Assembly (NCBI GenBank): GCA_046331705.1
Contig: JAXLQJ010000013.1
Span: 62,001-126,000 of the forward strand
Source: a bacterium
Lineage (GTDB): Bacteria; JADJOY01
Length of the DNA stretch: 64,000 nt
Direction of reading: 5' to 3'
Shown: piece after piece, positions 10,811 through 20,300 of the stretch
Layout: every line of letters starts with the position of its first letter
Position numbering within the stretch: position 1 is the first letter of the stretch
Made by a program: the position numbers and the translations under genes
Notes under the pieces: generated by a model
Database searches by the model: none
What the model saw: the letters and a program-made list of their open reading frames with translations, nothing else
What the model was told of the DNA's origin: nothing

Positions 10811-11977
10811 CTATACTCCGCCGCTTTCGCCGCCGTCAACGAACCCATCCGCGTACGCCGCTTCGACGAGCACGCGGCGCAACCCGCGCGCGGCGCGCTC
10901 CCACGTCCAACCGGCCGCCTGGACACGGCCGCGCGACGCCATTCGTGCCCGCGCGACGTCGTCGGCCGCCAGCGCGTCGACGGCATCGGCCCAACCGGCG
11001 ACGTCGTCGGGTGCGACCCAGCACACGGCGTCGCCACCCGTCTCCTCGAGCACCGGCAGCGCGCTCGCCACCACCGGCGCGCCCTGCGCGAGGGCTTCCA
11101 GCAGCGGCAGCCCGAATCCCTCGAAACGCGTCGGCATCAGCACGAGCCGTGCGGCGCGGTAGAGCTGCGCGAGCTCGGCGCGCGGCACCCAGCCGAGATG
11201 GCGGACGTGAGCGCCGAGACCAAGCTCGCAGACACGCGCGCCGATGCGCCGATCGGCGAAGCCTCGAACGCCCGTGAGCACCAGCATCGGCGGACGCGAA
11301 CCGCGCTCGACCATCCGCCGCCACGCGTCCAGCAGCACCGCGTGGCCCTTGTGGGGATGGGTGGTGCCCACGCAGAGCGCGAACGGCGGCTGCACACCCA
11401 CCCGTGCCATCCAGCGCGGAAGCGGATCGTCGCGCGAAGCCTCCAGCCATGCGGGATCGACCCCCAACGGAACGTGGCGCAGCCGCGACGCGACGGAGGG
11501 CCGTGACCTCACCAGATCGCGGCCGGCGGCGGCGCTGGCGCACACGACGCGATCCGAGCGCGCGAGCGCCAGATCCACCAGGACACGCCAGGCGATGCGA
11601 TGGGATGCGCGGAAATGCTCCGGATGCACGAGGTGCTGCAGGTCGTACACCGAGGTCACCTGCGGCACGGGGGACAGCGCCGGGGCGGTGAATCCGGCGT
11701 TCCACAACACGTCGTGACCGTCCCGTGCGATCCGCTGCGGCAGCACGAGCTGCTCCCATGCGATCCGGCCTGCCCGAGGGCGAGTTCGAGTGCCACACCC
11801 GACGACCTCGACCCCCGCCGGGAAGCGCTCGCGCTTCGCCTCGCTCCGCGCAACGTAGACGCGAATCCGGTCCTGCGGGGCGATCGCGACCAAGCCGCCC
11901 AGCAATCCCGCCAGCGCGATCTCGGACCCACCCACCCTTCCCCAGCGCAGGAAGAGCGCGTTGACCGCGATCCTCAC
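10811..11977 (-). CDS. GT4 glycosyltransferase (WbdB/WbpY-like)
   Basis: RIAVNALF..GGSE, YDLQH..HPE, VGT..PHKG and EGFGLPLLEALAQGAPVV motifs. Confidence 0.9.
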   Translation of the reverse strand: MRIAVNALFLRWGRVGGSEIALAGLLGGLVAIAPQDRIRVYVARSEAKRERFPAGVEVVGCGTRTRPRAGRIAWEQLVLPQRIARDGHDVLWNAGFTAPALSPVPQVTSVYDLQHLVHPEHFRASHRIAWRVLVDLALARSDRVVCASAAAGRDLVRSRPSVASRLRHVPLGVDPAWLEASRDDPLPRWMARVGVQPPFALCVGTTHPHKGHAVLLDAWRRMVERGSRPPMLVLTGVRGFADRRIGARVCELGLGAHVRHLGWVPRAELAQLYRAARLVLMPTRFEGFGLPLLEALAQGAPVVASALPVLEETGGDAVCWVAPDDVAGWADAVDALAADDVARARMASRGRVQAAGWTWERAARGLRRVLVEAAYADGFVDGGESGGV

Positions 11978-12039
11978 GTGCGACCCGTGCTCGGCGTGCA
12001 CCGCGCTGGCAACCCGCCGCGGCGCGACCCGCCGCCGCG

Positions 12040-12069
12040 TTGCGGCGTCGAGAAACCGTGTGCTAGCTT
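12040..12069 (+). promoter_or_regulatory. Putative sigma70 promoter for the rSAM / GT4-rSAM / PilZ operon
   Basis: TTGCGG-N18-TAGCTT with a TG extension, about 70 nt upstream of ATG 12142. Confidence 0.55.
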
Positions 12070-12141
12070 GCGCGACGCCTTCCCCGTCCCTCCCCGCGAG
12101 CCGATTTCAACGCCCCAGCCACTCACGGGCCGCTCCGCTAC

Positions 12142-13311
12142 ATGGCGCTCGCAAGCTCGAAGTCCTACAGCGATTACGCCACCGACTTCCGGTTCTGGGC
12201 CTCGCGCACGTTCAACCGGGCGTGGGTTCGCCCCGACTGGGTGTCGGTCAACCTCACGCTGCGCTGCAACCTGACGTGCGAGATGTGTCGGGTCTGCTAC
12301 GACGTCCCGAACGAGCTCAGCCTGGACGAGATCAAGTCCATCATGGACCAAGTCCATCAGTGGGGCGTCCCCATCTTCAATCCGCTGGGCGGCGAGCCGT
12401 TCCACCGCAAGGACATCCTGGACATCCTCGAGTACGCAGCGGACAAGCGATTCCAGACCACCGTGACCAACAACGGCACGATGATCGGCCCCAAGCGCGC
12501 GGAGGCCCTCGCGCGGCTGCAACGCGTGCACCTCAACTTCTCGCTCGATGGTCTGGAAGAGGCCAACGATCGCATTCGGGGCAAAGGCGTCTTCCGCAAG
12601 GTCTGGAACACCATCGCGACCATCCGCGCCGAGGAAGCGAAGCTCGGCGACTACCGGAAGTGGATCAGCATCAACTGCATCGTGTCGGAGGCGAGCTTTC
12701 GCGATCTCGTGACCATCGGCGAGATGGCGCGGCGGGCCGGCTGCAACATGATCCAATTCCTCAACCTGTTCGGCTACGAGTCCAAGGTCGGCCGCGAGAC
12801 CACGGATCCGCTCTGGATCCAATCCGACAGTCTCGAGGTCTTCGATCGCGAGATGGACCGGGTCGCGGAATGGGTGCGTCGCCTCGACGGTACCGGATTC
12901 CACTGCGCCAACGCGCCCGCGGACCTGCTCTTGCTCAAGGACTATTACCGTCATCGCGTCGAGCCGCACCGGGCGAAGTGCTACAACGGCTTCAAGGAGA
13001 TGTACATCAATTCGGACGGCGAGACGTTGATCTGCGACGCGCACCTGAACTTCACCAAGGAGTCGTACGGCAACGTGCGCCAGCGATCGCTCCGTGATCT
13101 GTGGGAAAGCCAGAAGGCGCGTGAGCTGCGCAAGAAGGTCATCGACTGCACCTCGCCGTGCATCCAGGACTGCTATCTCCGACGCGACGCCGATGCCCTC
13201 ACCCCCATCCTCGTGGGGCTCGGCAAGACCCGCTTCCTCGAATCCCCGATCGGCCGCCTGATCTTCGAGGGGCGCTTGCCCGGCGCCGTTCCGGCCGCGG
13301 CCACCGGCTGA
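12142..13311 (+). CDS. Radical SAM protein with SPASM/twitch domain
   Basis: CNLTCEMC, GGEPF, SLDG and DRIRGKG motifs; C-terminal KCYNG..DGETLIC..GNVR..CTSPCIQDC. Confidence 0.92.
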   Translation: MALASSKSYSDYATDFRFWASRTFNRAWVRPDWVSVNLTLRCNLTCEMCRVCYDVPNELSLDEIKSIMDQVHQWGVPIFNPLGGEPFHRKDILDILEYAADKRFQTTVTNNGTMIGPKRAEALARLQRVHLNFSLDGLEEANDRIRGKGVFRKVWNTIATIRAEEAKLGDYRKWISINCIVSEASFRDLVTIGEMARRAGCNMIQFLNLFGYESKVGRETTDPLWIQSDSLEVFDREMDRVAEWVRRLDGTGFHCANAPADLLLLKDYYRHRVEPHRAKCYNGFKEMYINSDGETLICDAHLNFTKESYGNVRQRSLRDLWESQKARELRKKVIDCTSPCIQDCYLRRDADALTPILVGLGKTRFLESPIGRLIFEGRLPGAVPAAATG

Positions 13312-13330
13312 CCGCGCGCGAGCACGCCCA

Positions 13331-15676
13331 GTGCGGATCGGCATCGTCACGCGCGGGGACGTCTTCCCGGCCGTCCACGGCGCCGCGGTCAAGATCGTGC
13401 GAACCGCGGAGGGATTGGGACGCCTGGCGCCGCCGTGCGTGCTCGTCACCGATCGCAAGGACGTGTACTGGCGCTTTCACGGGGACCGCGTCGAGGAAGT
13501 GCCCTTTCCCGCGTGGACCCGGCGCATCCGCGATCACCGCGTCGCGCGCGAGAAGCTCCTCGAGTGGATCGGCGTACCGCCCGAGGACCGCTTGCTCTTC
13601 GTCCCGCTGCTGGACCTGAACTTCCTCGCCCGAATCGTGAGCACGGTGCGGCGCGAGAAGCTCACGCTGCTGCAGGCCGAGTTCCCGTTCTACGCGGTGC
13701 CGATGCTGATCGCGCGCGCCATGACCGGCGTTCGCACCTCGATCATGCAGCACAACATCGAGCATCTGCGCATGGCGGGATCGTCGGGCCTCGCCGGCGC
13801 CGCGCAGGCGCGCGTACGCCGAATCGAGAGCTTCCTGTGCCGGCACGTCCAGGACGTGATCGCGCTCTCCGAGGTGGATCGCGCGCACCTCGTCGAGATG
13901 GGCGTCGATCCGCGGCGCATCACGATCATCCCGCACGGAGTCGATCTCGCGAGCTACGACGGGCGGCCGCGGCTCGACGCGCGCGCGGCCCACGGCATCG
14001 ATCGTGAACGCCCGCTGCTGGTCTTCCACGGCACGCTGCACTACGGCCCGAACACCGACGCCGTGCGCATCCTCGCCGAGGAGATCCTGCCGCGCCTGGT
14101 GCGACGCGGGCGGGACGTGCAGGCGATGGTCTGCGGCATGGGCCCACCCCGCCGGTACGCGAGCGAGCGGCTGGTCTTCACCGACGTGGTCGACGATCTC
14201 GCGTCGCACCTGCGTGCCGCCGACGTCGCCGTGGTGCCGCTGCTCGACGGCGGCGGCACGCGCATGAAGATCCTCGAGTACATGGCCGCGCGGCTGCCGA
14301 TCGTCTCGACCCGCAAGGGCGCCGAGGGCATCCCGGTCGAGCATGGCCGCGAGCTCTTGCTCGCGGACGACCGCGACTGGGATCGCTTCGCCGATCACGT
14401 CGACTACCTGCTCGGCGCACCCGCCGAGCGGCGGCGGCTCGGCGAAGCGGCGCGCGACTTCGTTCAGACGCTCGACTGGCTCGAGATCGCCCGCGCCTAC
14501 GTGCGTGCCTACCGCGTCCCCCGCGGCCCGCTCGAGCGACTGCGCGCCCGCTACCAGCGCCTCGCCCGCAAGGTGCTCACCGAGCCCGCCGGACCGGTCG
14601 GCGAGTCGCTCGCCAAGGCGCACCAGCGCGCGGAGAACGAGCGCGAGAAGGCCGCGTACCTGGGCTACCTCGACGGCCGCGCCGCGGTGCCCACACCCAA
14701 GATCCTGCTCTTCCTGCTCAACAAGAACTGCAACCTCAAGTGCGTCTTCTGCGACCTGTGGCCGCACCACGACATGATGCCCCACGAGCGCGTGCGCAAC
14801 GTGCTCGAGCAGGCGGCCGAGATGGGCACGCGTCACGCGGTGCTCACCGGCGGCGAGCCCTTCGTGATCCCGTACCTCTTCGACGTGATCCGCTACGCCA
14901 AGGATCTGCGGCTCGGCGTCAACGTCACCACCAACGGCACGCTGATCGAGAAGCGCTTCGAGGAGCTCGCCGACGCAGAGCTCGACTCGCTCTCGGTGTC
15001 GATCGACGGCCTCGACGACTCCAACGACGACCTGCGCGGCAAGATCTCGCTCGACAAGATCCTGAGCGGCATCGAGCGCCTTCGCCACGCGTCGCGGATG
15101 AAGATCTCCATCTACCACGTGGTCACGAACAAGAACCTGCACCAGCTCGAGCACACCTACGAGTTCGCGCGCTCGATCGGCGCCGAGTTCGGGTTCTGGC
15201 CGGTCAACGGGTACGAGTTCCTGCACGTCCGCGATCCCGAGCAGGTGCGCGCCTATCTCGCGACCATCGACAGGCTCGCGGCACGCGACGAGGAGGTGCG
15301 CGTCCGCCGCGAGTACTATCAGCGCGCGATGGCGTACCACAGCGCCAATCAACTCTCGGTGCGCTGCCTCGGCCTGGTCCAGAAGTTCGGCGTCGACGTC
15401 AACGGCAACGTGCTGCCCTGCTGCGTGTGGGGCAACCAGAGCCTGGTGGTCGGCAACCTCTTCGAGACACCGCTGCGCACGCTGTGGGGCGCGAGCCAGA
15501 CCCATGCGCTGCGCCGTAAGATCTTCGACCAAGGCTGCAAGGGGCTCTGCTACAACCACGCGCTCTACGAGTTCCAGGAGATCACCGGGCTCGACTTCGT
15601 GGTACGCGACGCGGACAAGCCCGCCCATCGGCCGGCGGTGCTCGACACCCCGGCGCTCGCCGCCGCGGCGGGCTGA
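13331..15676 (+). CDS. GT4 glycosyltransferase fused to a radical SAM/SPASM domain
   Basis: N-terminal GT4 (GGGTRMKILEYMAARLPIVST) continues in frame into CNLKCVFC, TGGEPF, VTTNG, SIDG and a SPASM-like RCLG..GNVLPCC..CKGLC region. Confidence 0.9.
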   Translation: MRIGIVTRGDVFPAVHGAAVKIVRTAEGLGRLAPPCVLVTDRKDVYWRFHGDRVEEVPFPAWTRRIRDHRVAREKLLEWIGVPPEDRLLFVPLLDLNFLARIVSTVRREKLTLLQAEFPFYAVPMLIARAMTGVRTSIMQHNIEHLRMAGSSGLAGAAQARVRRIESFLCRHVQDVIALSEVDRAHLVEMGVDPRRITIIPHGVDLASYDGRPRLDARAAHGIDRERPLLVFHGTLHYGPNTDAVRILAEEILPRLVRRGRDVQAMVCGMGPPRRYASERLVFTDVVDDLASHLRAADVAVVPLLDGGGTRMKILEYMAARLPIVSTRKGAEGIPVEHGRELLLADDRDWDRFADHVDYLLGAPAERRRLGEAARDFVQTLDWLEIARAYVRAYRVPRGPLERLRARYQRLARKVLTEPAGPVGESLAKAHQRAENEREKAAYLGYLDGRAAVPTPKILLFLLNKNCNLKCVFCDLWPHHDMMPHERVRNVLEQAAEMGTRHAVLTGGEPFVIPYLFDVIRYAKDLRLGVNVTTNGTLIEKRFEELADAELDSLSVSIDGLDDSNDDLRGKISLDKILSGIERLRHASRMKISIYHVVTNKNLHQLEHTYEFARSIGAEFGFWPVNGYEFLHVRDPEQVRAYLATIDRLAARDEEVRVRREYYQRAMAYHSANQLSVRCLGLVQKFGVDVNGNVLPCCVWGNQSLVVGNLFETPLRTLWGASQTHALRRKIFDQGCKGLCYNHALYEFQEITGLDFVVRDADKPAHRPAVLDTPALAAAAG

Positions 15677-15720
15677 GCGACACGAACGCGAGCGCGCGGC
15701 GCCGAGCGGCCCTCACGAGC

Positions 15721-16077
15721 ATGACGACCCCCGACGAACGTCGTACCGAGTCCCGCACCCCGGACGATCAAGCCGTCGAGCTCGTCGTGGCTCGCAGCGA
15801 GACCACCAGCGAGTCCGCGACGCGAATCCCGACGCGCCTCGTCGATCGCTCGCGCTCGGGCTGCTGCCTGGCGCTCGAGAAGCTTCAGTTCGGTTCGATC
15901 CACCTGCTCGACTGCATCGAGGATCCCGGCGATTTCCGCATCGAGGTGCGGCTGCCGAGCGGCCGTCGCGACGAGCCCGTGCGCACCGCCCGCGTGGTCT
16001 GGATCAATCGGATCTTCGAGGGCGCCGGCCCGGCGTTTCGCATCGGCCTCAAGCTCGGCGCGCCGGCGCGCGGCTGA
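15721..16077 (+). CDS. Stand-alone PilZ domain protein
   Basis: RxxxR (RTESR) and DxSxxG (DRSRSG) c-di-GMP-binding motifs; ARVVW..IGLKL C-terminus. Confidence 0.75.
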   Translation: MTTPDERRTESRTPDDQAVELVVARSETTSESATRIPTRLVDRSRSGCCLALEKLQFGSIHLLDCIEDPGDFRIEVRLPSGRRDEPVRTARVVWINRIFEGAGPAFRIGLKLGAPARG

Positions 16078-16107
16078 CGCCACCGGCGGCGATCGCGGCC
16101 GCGACCG

Positions 16108-17199
16108 TCATCCGGCGGCGAGGAGATCGCGCAGCTCGGCGCGGATCGCGAGCGTGTCCTCGACGAAACCCAGGTTGCAATCCGAGCACACGTCGAAGAG
16201 CCCACCCGCGAGCAGCCAGTCGCGCATGCGCCCGTAGTAGTCGCCGAGCCACGCTTCCTCGAGCCCGCGCGCGCCCAAGCGCTCGCCGTGCATCGGCCGC
16301 CAGAACCCGCACGAGCCCAGCTGGCCGTTGGCGCGCAGGTGCAGGAACCAGAACGGGTTGAAGCAAGGCGCACGCAGCAGGCCGTCGGCGCGATCGGCGG
16401 CTTCGAGCAACGCGAGGTGAACGCGGTTGGTGGAGAGGATCGAGCGCTCGCTCAGCTCGTGGGCGTTGGTCGCCACACCGAGCCGCCGTCCCTCCTCGAC
16501 CACCCGCGGCGCCACGTCCGCCACGAACGCACGCGCCTCGTCGCGGCTCAGCTTGAGGCGTGCGCTCTCCGGCGAGTTCACGGTGATCGGCTCCAGGTTG
16601 ACCGCGTGCACCCCGGCGTCCGCCGCGAGCACCATCACCTCCGGCACCCGGCGCCAGTTGAGGGTGGTGAGCGCCAAGCCGAAGTTGAGCCCGGGCCGAT
16701 CGGATCGCAGCGCACGCTTCACCTGGTCGAAGCGCCGCGCGGCCCACATCAGCCGCTCGAACGCGCCGCTCTTGCGGACCAGACCATCGTGGGTCACGGC
16801 GTCCGGTCCCTCGAGGCTCAGGCTCACCCAATCCCAGCCGTAGCTCACCAGGTCGTGGATCAGCTCGCGCGTGAAGAGCGTGCCGTTGCTGCAGAGGTAA
16901 GAGCGGATCCCGACTCGCTTCACGTGGCGCAGCACCTCGGCGGCCTCGGGGTGCAGCAGCGGCTCGCCCTCGCCGATGACGCGCACGTAGCGCACGTCCA
17001 CGCGAGCGGCTTCGTCCAGGATCTCGCGCCAGCGCGCGGCGCTCAGCGTGCCGCCGACCAGCTTGGTGTCGGGATGCTGGCGCCAGCAGAACGTGCAATC
17101 CGCGTTGCACGCCATGGTGAGGCCGAGCTCGAGCGTGTGAGGTCCACGGGCGCGACCCGCGGCCCAATCGGCGAGCCGCGCCAGGCGTTCGTCGTGCAT
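16108..17199 (-). CDS. Radical SAM protein with SPASM/twitch domain
   Basis: CNADCTFC, GEGEPLL, SNGT and SLEG motifs; C-terminal PCFNPF..GQLGSC..CSDC. Confidence 0.9.
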   Translation of the reverse strand: MHDERLARLADWAAGRARGPHTLELGLTMACNADCTFCWRQHPDTKLVGGTLSAARWREILDEAARVDVRYVRVIGEGEPLLHPEAAEVLRHVKRVGIRSYLCSNGTLFTRELIHDLVSYGWDWVSLSLEGPDAVTHDGLVRKSGAFERLMWAARRFDQVKRALRSDRPGLNFGLALTTLNWRRVPEVMVLAADAGVHAVNLEPITVNSPESARLKLSRDEARAFVADVAPRVVEEGRRLGVATNAHELSERSILSTNRVHLALLEAADRADGLLRAPCFNPFWFLHLRANGQLGSCGFWRPMHGERLGARGLEEAWLGDYYGRMRDWLLAGGLFDVCSDCNLGFVEDTLAIRAELRDLLAAG

Positions 17200-17384
17200 C
17201 GGCGGGTGAGGATTCTCGAGCGACTGCGGCGCGCGCGGGCGGGAACGCGATTCTATCGTCGCGCCCGGCGCGCCACCAACGCGTGGGTAGCGTGGTGGTG
17301 CGCTCGGAGCCCGCCTGCTACGATGCGCGCCTCGCGCCTCATGTCCGTCGCCACGCCGCCCTCGCCGTCCGTCGTTCGGTTCCG

Positions 17385-20300
17385 ATGGACGTTCTGATCC
17401 TGATGCAGGGGATGGTGCCCATCCCCGGGCATCCCGTGACCGGCAACGGCTTGCGCGCGCACGCGCTGGCCGAAGGGCTCGCGTGCCACGGCCACCGGGT
17501 TCGTCTGGCGACCCGCGCGATCGACGCCGACGCCGTCGACCCCGCGCTGCTGCCCGCGGAGACCCTGCGTTACGACGACGCATCGTCGATCCCCGACCTG
17601 ATCGCGGGAAGCGCCGCCGAGGCCGTGCTGGTCTGTCACGCGGAGCTGCTCGAGCAACTTCCCGATCCCAGCCCCGTTCCGGTGATCGCCGACCTCTACG
17701 GGCCGCGCCTGGTCGAAGCCCAGTTCGAGCGCGCGGACCTCGACCGCGAGGGGGCGCGATTCGTCGAGCAGCTGCGGCGCGCCGACGCGTTCCTGGTCGC
17801 GACCGAGCGGCAGCGCTGGTTCGCCCTGCCCTGGCTCATGCTCGCCGGCTTCGACTGTCGCAAGCCTCCGGTGCTCGTGGTGCCGCTCTCGGCGAACCCG
17901 CGACCGCCGCTGCGCTTCCATCGCAAGCCGGTCGCCGATCTGACCTTCGTGACGGGTGGGGTCTTCTGGCCGTGGCGGGAATCGGAAGCGCCGCTCACGC
18001 GGCTGCTCGGTGTGCTCGAGCGCGCAGGGCGCGGGCACGTCCAGCTCTTCGGCGGCAGCTACCCGCTCGCCACCGAGGCGAACGTGACCTATCGCGATCC
18101 ACGCGCCACCGTCGCGCCGCATCCCCGCCTTCGGTTCCAGGGGATGGTGGCGTACGACCGGCTCTTCGAGCACTACGCCCGGGCACAGGTGGCGTTCGAC
18201 GTGATGGAGCCGAACGCGGAGCGCGAGCTGTCGTTCTCGTTTCGCGTGATCGACTACCTGGCGGCGAGCCTGCCGGTGGTGACCAATCGCTTCACCGAGA
18301 TCGCCGCGGTGATCGAAGCGAGCGAAGCGGGTTGGTGCGTCGACGTGGAGGCGCCGGGCGAGCTCGAGCAGACGCTGGAGCGCATCCTGGCGGACCCCGG
18401 CGAGGTCGCGCGTCGCGGCGCCAACGCGCGCCGCCTGGTGGAGACGCGCTACGCCTGGGACCGGACCGTCGAGCCGCTGGACCGCTACCTGCGCGCGCCG
18501 ACGCGAGCCGCGCGCGGTGCCTCGGTGCTCGGCACCCTCGTGCAGGTCGCCGGGGAGGCCTATCGCGCCCGCGAGGACCGCCTGCGCGAGATCGAGCGCA
18601 GCCGCCAGGCGGTGCGGCGCGCCGAGGAGCTCGATCAGGCCTTGGCCGCCTTGCGCCAAGCCGACGCCGAGCGCGCCAACGAAGCGAGCCTGATGCGCGC
18701 GGAGCTGGAGGCACGCAGCCGCGACCTCGAATCCCTCAAGGAACAGGCGGCCGCGTGGCGACGCGACGGGGCCGTCCAGGCCGCGGAGCTCGACGGTCTG
18801 CGCGAGACCGTGGCGCGCAAACAGCGCCAGGTCGAGGAGACCATCGAGCTACGCGACCGCGCACGGCGCGAGGCGGAGGCGCTGACCCACCGCCTCGACG
18901 CGCTCGAGCAGGCCGTGCGACACCACGAGAAGGTGGGCCGCGAGCTGGAAGCCGAGCGCGAGCGGCTCGCGCGCGAGGCCGACGCATTGCGCGCCGAGCG
19001 CGATCGCGAGCGTGAGCGCGAGCAAGAGCGCGTCGCCGAGGGCCTCGAGCGCCGGGAGCAGGCGCGACGCGAATCCGAAGCGCTCGCTCACCGCGTCGCA
19101 ACCCTCGAGCAGGAGCTACGTCACCACGAGAAGCGAGTCCGTGAGCTCGACGTCGAACGCGAGCGCGCCGTGCGCGAGGCCGACGGGCTGCGCGCCGAGC
19201 GGGATCGCGAGCGCGAGCGCGTCGTCGAGGGGCTGGAGCGCCGGGAACAGGCGCGACGCGAATCCGAGGCACTGGCCCATCGCATCGAAACGCTCGAGCA
19301 GGAGCTGCGCCATCACGAGAAGCGGATCCGCGAGCTCGACGCCGAACGCGAGCGCGCGGCGCGCGAGGCGGACGCGACGTGCGTCGAGCGGGACCGCGAG
19401 CGAGCGCGCGTGGCGGAGCTGGTCGGATCGCTGCGCGAGGCGACCGACTCCACGCGCGAGGCCCGCGCCGCGCGCGACCAGCTCGAGGACGAGCTGCGCG
19501 GCGTGCGTGCGCAGGCCGAGCACCGCGTGGAACAACTTCGCGACGCGATCGCACATCGCGACACGGAAGCGCAGCGCCACAAGGCGGCGCTCGCCGAGGC
19601 CGAGCACGAGCGCGAGCGCGGCGCCGAGGAACGCAAGCAGCTGGCACTTCAGCTGGAGCGCGTCGATGCCAAGGCCGTCGAGGCGGAGCGCCGCCTCGAG
19701 CACGCACGCGAGCAGCTCGCCGCGCGCGAGCTCGAGGTGGCGCGCGCCCGGGGCGTCGCCGCGGATGCGGAGCGGGAGCGCGATCGTCTCGCGCAGGAGT
19801 CTCAAGCGCTCACGCGGGCACGCGATGCATTGGAGGCCAAGGCCCATCAGCTCGAGCAACGGCTCGAGGCGCGCGGCGCGGAGATCGAGGAGCTCGCGCG
19901 CCAGGTGGCGACCTTGCGCGGCGAGATCGAGGTGCGCACGGCGGAGATCGCCCGCAAGCACGCCGAGCTCGAGGCCGCCACCCGCGAGCGGGACCACGAG
20001 CGCAGCCGCGGCGCGGCGCGCGACGAGGAGATCCGCAAGCTCAAGGACCTGGTGTCGGATCGCGAGCGAGAGCGAGACCGCGCCCACGCCGACGCCCAGG
20101 ACCTGCGGGTCCGGGTGGAGACGCTCACGCGCGATCTCCACGAGGCGGGGGTGGCCGCGCGCGCCCAGACCGAGCGAGCCGCCCACGAGCTCGAGTCGAC
20201 GCGCGCGGCGCTGACGCACGAGCGCGAGGCGCGCGGCAGCGCGGAAACCGCGCTCGAGGGCTTGCGCACCGAGGCGCACGAGGCGCGCGCGCGACACCAG

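Noticed and set aside
3141-17199. RiPP (ranthipeptide/sactipeptide) cluster interpretation of the SPASM enzymes
   Set aside because: No short precursor with RBS, no RRE/PqqD domain, no peptidase or exporter; the neighbours are glycan genes.
18861-19424. CRISPR array or mobile-element repeat
   Set aside because: Repeats are long, in-frame and coding, with no spacers or cas genes.
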